Assembly: GCA_965197745.1 (NCBI GenBank)
Contig: CBDANS010000007.1
Location: forward strand, 32,001 to 96,000
Source: Opitutales bacterium
Lineage (GTDB): Bacteria; Verrucomicrobiota; Verrucomicrobiia; Opitutales; PNEW01
Reading direction: 5' to 3'
Length of the DNA: 64,000 bases
Shown: one piece after another, positions 59,398 through 64,000 of the stretch
Layout: each line of letters opens with the position of its first letter
How positions within the stretch are numbered: position 1 is the stretch's first letter
Notes under the pieces: generated by a model
Seen by the model: only the letters and a program-made list of their open reading frames with translations
What the model was told of the DNA's origin: nothing
Databases searched by the model: none
Translations under genes and position numbers: made by a program

Positions 59398-60189
59398 CGG
59401 TCGATGCTTTTGCTTTTCCAGTTCATACATCCAGTAGTCTCGATCGTAACCAAAGGTTTCGAAATCAGCCTCGTAAATGTCGTAGACCAGATCCGCCTGC
59501 TCGCGGTCGTAAACGATAGCCGGCGGATACACCTGGGTGGTCGGATTTTTGACAACGGAAGCCGTAGCAAGAATGTCTGGCGGTGCATTCAGGCGTGTCA
59601 GCACATGCTCAAAATCGCTCTGGAACGTCTCGAACCGGCCAATAAAGTCATAAGCAATCAGATCCGGCACGAGGATACGTGCCTGGACATTGAAGTGACC
59701 ATCGCGACGCACACGGTCTCCCGCATCATGCAGGTAGCGTACGAAGTCGCGGAAGGGCACAAGCCTCTCGAGGCCATCCTCGTCTGGTGAGTAAGCGAGG
59801 CTCATCCTGATATCATCCTTAAGCCACTGGTACTCTTTGTTCCATGTGTTACCCACTTGCGTCTTGTACGCTGAGAGCAGTCGGTCATAGGGATTCCTGA
59901 CGAAGCAGAATCTAAACCACTCAGGGGATGTCAACATTTCGAGAATTTGGTCTCTTTCGAAGGAACTCAAACGCAAACCCACTTTGCTAGCAGCTCCAGG
60001 TTCGTGGAGTTCGGGATTCCCGTTCAACATGTGTAGTGTCATTAAAATCCGGGAACTGGCGATCTTCGGAACAGTGACACAGACACACCTGTGCTCAACA
60101 GATACCCTTGAGAAGTAAGTCAAAGTATTGTTCGTGTTATGGTCGAGGATGGCATCGACCCACTTAGATAGCTGTTTTTCCACCATCAT
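59392..60189 (-). CDS. Sulfotransferase family 2 protein
   Basis: VPKIASS, FVRNPYDRLLSAY, YDFIGRFE. Confidence 0.88.
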   Translation of the reverse strand: MMVEKQLSKWVDAILDHNTNNTLTYFSRVSVEHRCVCVTVPKIASSRILMTLHMLNGNPELHEPGAASKVGLRLSSFERDQILEMLTSPEWFRFCFVRNPYDRLLSAYKTQVGNTWNKEYQWLKDDIRMSLAYSPDEDGLERLVPFRDFVRYLHDAGDRVRRDGHFNVQARILVPDLIAYDFIGRFETFQSDFEHVLTRLNAPPDILATASVVKNPTTQVYPPAIVYDREQADLVYDIYEADFETFGYDRDYWMYELEKQKHRPL

Positions 60190-60206
60190 TCAATTCTTCT
60201 CCGCAT

Positions 60207-60280
60207 AACATTAGATCGGCCAACAGGTTTTTATGGAGGATCGGCTATTACGGTTAGAAAGACAACGAACAAATCTCAAG
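60207..60280 (-). other. attI-like element, family 2
   Basis: Minus strand ...AACCTGTTGGCCGAT CTAAT^GTTATGC. Confidence 0.7.
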
Positions 60281-60331
60281 TTGAGATAGCCGCAAACTAA
60301 ATCGCCGCTTCCAATGGTTTGATTGAATCTT

Positions 60332-60988
60332 TTATTCTGTGTAAGCCTTCAAATCCTTTTTGCTTAGAGGAGACTCAAACCAAATGATATGTCGATCCGG
60401 GTCTTTAACGAATATCTGCCTCATCCCATAAGGAGCGATGCAGGGTTCGTCAATGGAAAGACCATTAGCGATCAATTGATGGTAGACCCTATCAACATCT
60501 TTTGTAATAAAGCAGAGCTTTATCGGATCATCGCTGACAACGAAATTTTTTCTTCCTTCTTCAATCATTATTTGAATGCCATCTCGTTTCAATCGACACC
60601 AATAGAGGGAATTGCCATTCATAGCACTGCTTACTCTATGAAATCCTAAAATCCCTTCATAGAATTTTAAGGAGTTCTGGATATTTGAAACCGGAATCAA
60701 TGGAATGATGCGGCGTATATTGAATTGTTCATCTACTCTCATTTCGATTTCGGTTTTCAATTTTTCCCAGCTTTTGTATCCATATTCCCTGGCCAGAACA
60801 TATTGAGTGTCCGAGATTTTCCATTCGTATTGCTCCGCTTCCTCTAAGGATTTATTATGGAACTCAGGATGCGAATCCAACACGCGTATGAACGCCTGTC
60901 TTTGTTTCGATTTCAGACTTTTAAGTAATTCTTTAGCCTGATTTTTGAGCTGCTCTAAATTTGCCTTTTCTGGCAATTGCTTATTCAT
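60332..60988 (-). CDS. VOC/bleomycin-resistance-like protein with N-terminal LPxxANLEQLK helical domain
   Basis: QYVLAREYGYKSW..LK domain followed by a VOC domain (YGMRQIFVKDPD). Confidence 0.85.
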   Translation of the reverse strand: MNKQLPEKANLEQLKNQAKELLKSLKSKQRQAFIRVLDSHPEFHNKSLEEAEQYEWKISDTQYVLAREYGYKSWEKLKTEIEMRVDEQFNIRRIIPLIPVSNIQNSLKFYEGILGFHRVSSAMNGNSLYWCRLKRDGIQIMIEEGRKNFVVSDDPIKLCFITKDVDRVYHQLIANGLSIDEPCIAPYGMRQIFVKDPDRHIIWFESPLSKKDLKAYTE

Positions 60989-61229
60989 GATACCTCCTTG
61001 CTTCTAAGCCATAGACTCACAACATGGCAGCAATTAGGTTTGCTCTTTAAAAATGAAGGTAAGCTCAGCTCTTTCCGTGAGTCCAGATGCGTCCTCTACG
61101 CTAATTAAATAGATTGATATCCGATCCTTCACTGTCAACGTCATTTTCTAATTCCAAATAAAATTCAAAAGTCATCTTAACGGTTCCTAAGTCCATTATA
61201 TGCGCTCACCAAAGGTCATCACCGAAATT

Positions 61230-61811
61230 TTATAAGGCCCGATTTGTTGTTGATTTCCATTTTTCAGGAGTGAAAGGCCATCGAAGACGATTACATATAA
61301 CCTTCCAGCGATCCGACATCGCTTTTGTATTCAATAAAGGGACATAACCAAGGCGCAAATAAATCTTCAATGCGGGCAGGCGATAGTCCTCTGAGTAGAG
61401 ATGAATGATACGGTAACCTTCCTCGATGAAGCGGGCGGTCACAGCCGCACTGACAGATAAACCTAATCCTTTTCCTGAATGTGTCGGAGCTCCCGCAAGC
61501 CAGCCAAGTTCACCTCCTGAAGAATATGCTTCTGATCTCAAGGCCATACAGCTTGCTACCATTTGGCCGCTCATCTCGTGAATTGCCACATACCATCCAC
61601 CAGGTAACAACCGCTGGAACCACGGATCAAGCCGCTGTTTATCCCAGTCATTCCATCCAGCCATTTTCATCAAATTTAAAAAAGGGTCTTCGTCACCCGG
61701 CTGGTAGGTCCGCATTAAATATCCAGGACATAGACGAACAGCCGGTGGTGTGTGCAAAAGATACACCGGCCATGCCATTTGTAACTGAAGGTCATGCTGC
61801 TCTTTGCTCAT
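61230..61811 (-). CDS. GNAT family N-acetyltransferase
   Basis: HSGKGLG, RLPALKIYLRLGY. Confidence 0.85.
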   Translation of the reverse strand: MSKEQHDLQLQMAWPVYLLHTPPAVRLCPGYLMRTYQPGDEDPFLNLMKMAGWNDWDKQRLDPWFQRLLPGGWYVAIHEMSGQMVASCMALRSEAYSSGGELGWLAGAPTHSGKGLGLSVSAAVTARFIEEGYRIIHLYSEDYRLPALKIYLRLGYVPLLNTKAMSDRWKVICNRLRWPFTPEKWKSTTNRAL

Positions 61812-61871
61812 TATTTCCCTATGGCAAAGTCTGACCCTTTTTGACTTTCTTAATACCAATAAACGTACCGC

Positions 61872-62411
61872 TTAATCTTTATGGGGTTCGTCGATTAGAA
61901 TGTAAGTAACAGGGGGTGTATGCTTCTTAAAATGCTTCCTCGTATCATTAGACAGTTTTCTAAATAACTGCGGTGTCATTGAGAAACCGTATGTCTTCTG
62001 TAAGAACATGGTGTTTACAGTAGAGCCAAAAATATCAAATCGCTTATCTTTCCTCGTTCCAATTTCACCACAGACAACACTTCCGAAATGGGCTTTGAGG
62101 TGATGCCTGCTGGGGATATTTTTACGATTTAACCACTCATCTCCTTTTTCTTTCAGAGATAATAGCGCCAGCACCCCTTCATCGATCGAATCGGATGGAA
62201 ATAAAAGGAGATTTGCATCCCCTATAAATTTTACCACTCGGCCATTAGCGCGCCCTATTATATCACCAATGAGTTCATAGTATTGAGATAGCATTGCGAA
62301 TAGATCAATTTCCGATAATTGCCTTGCGAAACGCGCAAAATTAGAGAGATCGGAAGAGGCAACCAATGCCTCGATACACGTAATATTTTCAGTTAATGGA
62401 TTCTGTTCCAT
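61872..62411 (-). CDS. Class III adenylate/guanylate cyclase catalytic-domain protein
   Basis: SDLSNF, VVKFIGD, FDIFGSTVN. Confidence 0.85.
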   Translation of the reverse strand: MEQNPLTENITCIEALVASSDLSNFARFARQLSEIDLFAMLSQYYELIGDIIGRANGRVVKFIGDANLLLFPSDSIDEGVLALLSLKEKGDEWLNRKNIPSRHHLKAHFGSVVCGEIGTRKDKRFDIFGSTVNTMFLQKTYGFSMTPQLFRKLSNDTRKHFKKHTPPVTYILIDEPHKD

Positions 62412-62589
62412 TTTATTGTTCCTTCAGGTTGTTATGATTGATTTCGACGACCTGTGAATTCGTCAGGTATGGAAGGAATCGCCAGCTCAAAAGTCTGGCA
62501 GTTATAGATTATAAGGTATTATTTTTTGATTTATGACGCAATTCTTTTCTCCTTCTCTCTTTCAACCTATTAATACACAGCCTGACACC

Positions 62590-63150
62590 TTATAACTTGC
62601 TTGTGCTAAGTAGATAGCGGTCGGCTCCCTTTTTGGATTCACCTGTTGGTGCGAATCGAAACCTGTGAATAAGCCTGATGGACGCAAGATTCCCGGGTTC
62701 GATATAGGCATCGATCGAATGGGACCCGTAGGTTGAAGTGGCCCATGATATTGCAGCACGACAGGCTTCTGACATAATCCCTTTACCCCAAAAACGTGGG
62801 TGTAAGTGAAAAGCGATTTCAGAACATCGACCCAGCGAGTTGAAGCCTACTGCTCCGGTGAATTGAGGTTTGTCTTTTAATAATAACGCCCACCTGAAGG
62901 CAGTTCCCTGTTCTTGATGTCGCATAAAGAAGTCCAGGATCTTGTCGCTTTCCTGGGAGTTTGTTGCCGGCAGCTCTATGGGGTTGCCCCAAAAGTCGAT
63001 CGCGGGACCTGAATAACATGACACTTCCGGACTTGACCAGAGTTCGAACATCCCAAGTGAATGATCTTTTGAGAAGGGCTCTAAGACCAGCCGCTCCGTT
63101 TGCAGATGTGGCACTTCCAGCATAGTGCATATCAATTTTTCGGCATCCAA
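62590..63150 (-). CDS. GNAT (RimJ/RimL-like) acetyltransferase
   Basis: LQTERLVL, FWGKGIMSEA, N.ASIRL. Confidence 0.9.
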   Translation of the reverse strand: MDAEKLICTMLEVPHLQTERLVLEPFSKDHSLGMFELWSSPEVSCYSGPAIDFWGNPIELPATNSQESDKILDFFMRHQEQGTAFRWALLLKDKPQFTGAVGFNSLGRCSEIAFHLHPRFWGKGIMSEACRAAISWATSTYGSHSIDAYIEPGNLASIRLIHRFRFAPTGESKKGADRYLLSTSKL

Positions 63151-63159
63151 ATCTAAAAC

Positions 63160-63921
63160 TCAGCGGTGCGGCTTATTCACGTCAGGTTTCAGCCGAGGGG
63201 GGATGATTTTTCTGGCACGTATGCACATAAAAAGCGGCTTCCGCAAGAGCTTATGGTAAAACTCTGGATCAGTATTCTTAATCGCTTCTGTTGGCATTGG
63301 TTCGTGAACATTTTCAATCAAAAATCCAGCATCCGTTACAGAGGATATCACTTCCGTTAACGGTCGGCGTACACTTTGCATCTCGAATTTTTTTTTGAAT
63401 CCGGAACCCCATACACTCTTGACTAATTCGGTCTCAAAGTAATTGTCCGTTCCGTAATCCTCAAAAGCGAAACAAGGATGCCCTACTGAAAAAAGCACAA
63501 TTCCGTCATTTTTAAGAATCCGGTGCAATTCTTGAAATAATTGCTTCCAGTCCCAAACGTAATCAAAAACCAAAGGAGATAAAACCAGGTCAAGGGAACT
63601 GTTTTCTATAAAATCCAGAGGCTTAGACAAATCGGCCACTTTGACTTCACATTTCCCCTTTGTCCTTTTCTTTGTGATGTCAACCATGCGTTGACTGTAA
63701 TCAATCGCCAATACTTTGGCCCCATGTTCCAGTAACCACTCGGTATAAACCCCGGGACCACATCCGGCATCGAGGACATATTTCCCTTTCACCTCCGGCA
63801 TAATCGACAGCATTGCCGGTTTCTCATACAAGGCGTTTGCGTCCTTTGTCTCTACCATAGAGGCATAATCTTCAGCGATATCTTCGTAGATAGCGTGCGC
63901 GATCGATTGCTTTGTTTTCAT
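63160..63921 (-). CDS. Class I SAM-dependent methyltransferase
   Basis: VLDAGCGPG; start after the attI-like site. Confidence 0.9.
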   Translation of the reverse strand: MKTKQSIAHAIYEDIAEDYASMVETKDANALYEKPAMLSIMPEVKGKYVLDAGCGPGVYTEWLLEHGAKVLAIDYSQRMVDITKKRTKGKCEVKVADLSKPLDFIENSSLDLVLSPLVFDYVWDWKQLFQELHRILKNDGIVLFSVGHPCFAFEDYGTDNYFETELVKSVWGSGFKKKFEMQSVRRPLTEVISSVTDAGFLIENVHEPMPTEAIKNTDPEFYHKLLRKPLFMCIRARKIIPPRLKPDVNKPHR

Positions 63922-63934
63922 TTTGTCATCACCC

Positions 63935-64000
63935 AACAATTGATTAGCCAATAGTTTTTTATCGAATCTCGGTTAATGCCCGGAGAAAGTCGATTTCAAA
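63935..64000 (-). other. attI-like element, family 2 (runs to window end)
   Basis: Minus strand ...AAACTATTGGCTAAT CAATT^GTTGGGT. Confidence 0.68.

Noticed and set aside
66..63360. Numerous short antisense or overlapping ORFs in the six-frame track
   Set aside because: They are shadows of longer motif-bearing genes with no recognisable domains. Several listed N-terminal extensions also cross attC/attI sites and were trimmed.

Overview
Bacterial accessory region, probably from a Verrucomicrobiota/Opitutales-like organism (inferred from an SBP-permease fusion and a secreted protein type). About half of the window (4.07-11.8 kb, 16.5-21.1 kb, 47.6-64 kb) consists of minus-strand integron-type gene-cassette arrays. 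These encode small methyltransferases, GNATs, HIT and HAD proteins, an APH-type kinase, sulfotransferases and similar, separated by intact or decaying attC sites. No integron integrase is present in the window. The most unusual signal is that the arrays are punctuated by at least 11 copies of two short conserved non-palindromic elements (7 x ~55 bp and 4 x ~50-75 bp) with attI architecture (L box, 5-bp spacer, G^TT). All face the same way as the cassettes and diverge right after GTT. In several cases the bases after GTT complement the R'' box of the next attC, which indicates real cassette integration at many separate attI-like sites, i.e. a mosaic of [attI + cassettes] modules. Module edges often coincide with a GGGGTCA/TGACCCC REP/REPIN-like family, which is also the target of two near-identical frameshifted IS4-family copies. 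The middle (21-47.5 kb) holds catabolic genes (SDRs, PhyH, four enolase-superfamily dehydratases, a sugar ABC transporter, a glycoside hydrolase-like protein), secreted proteins, an IS3 end and a tRNA 3'-end remnant. There is also a candidate leader-peptide attenuator and a candidate structured 5' leader.
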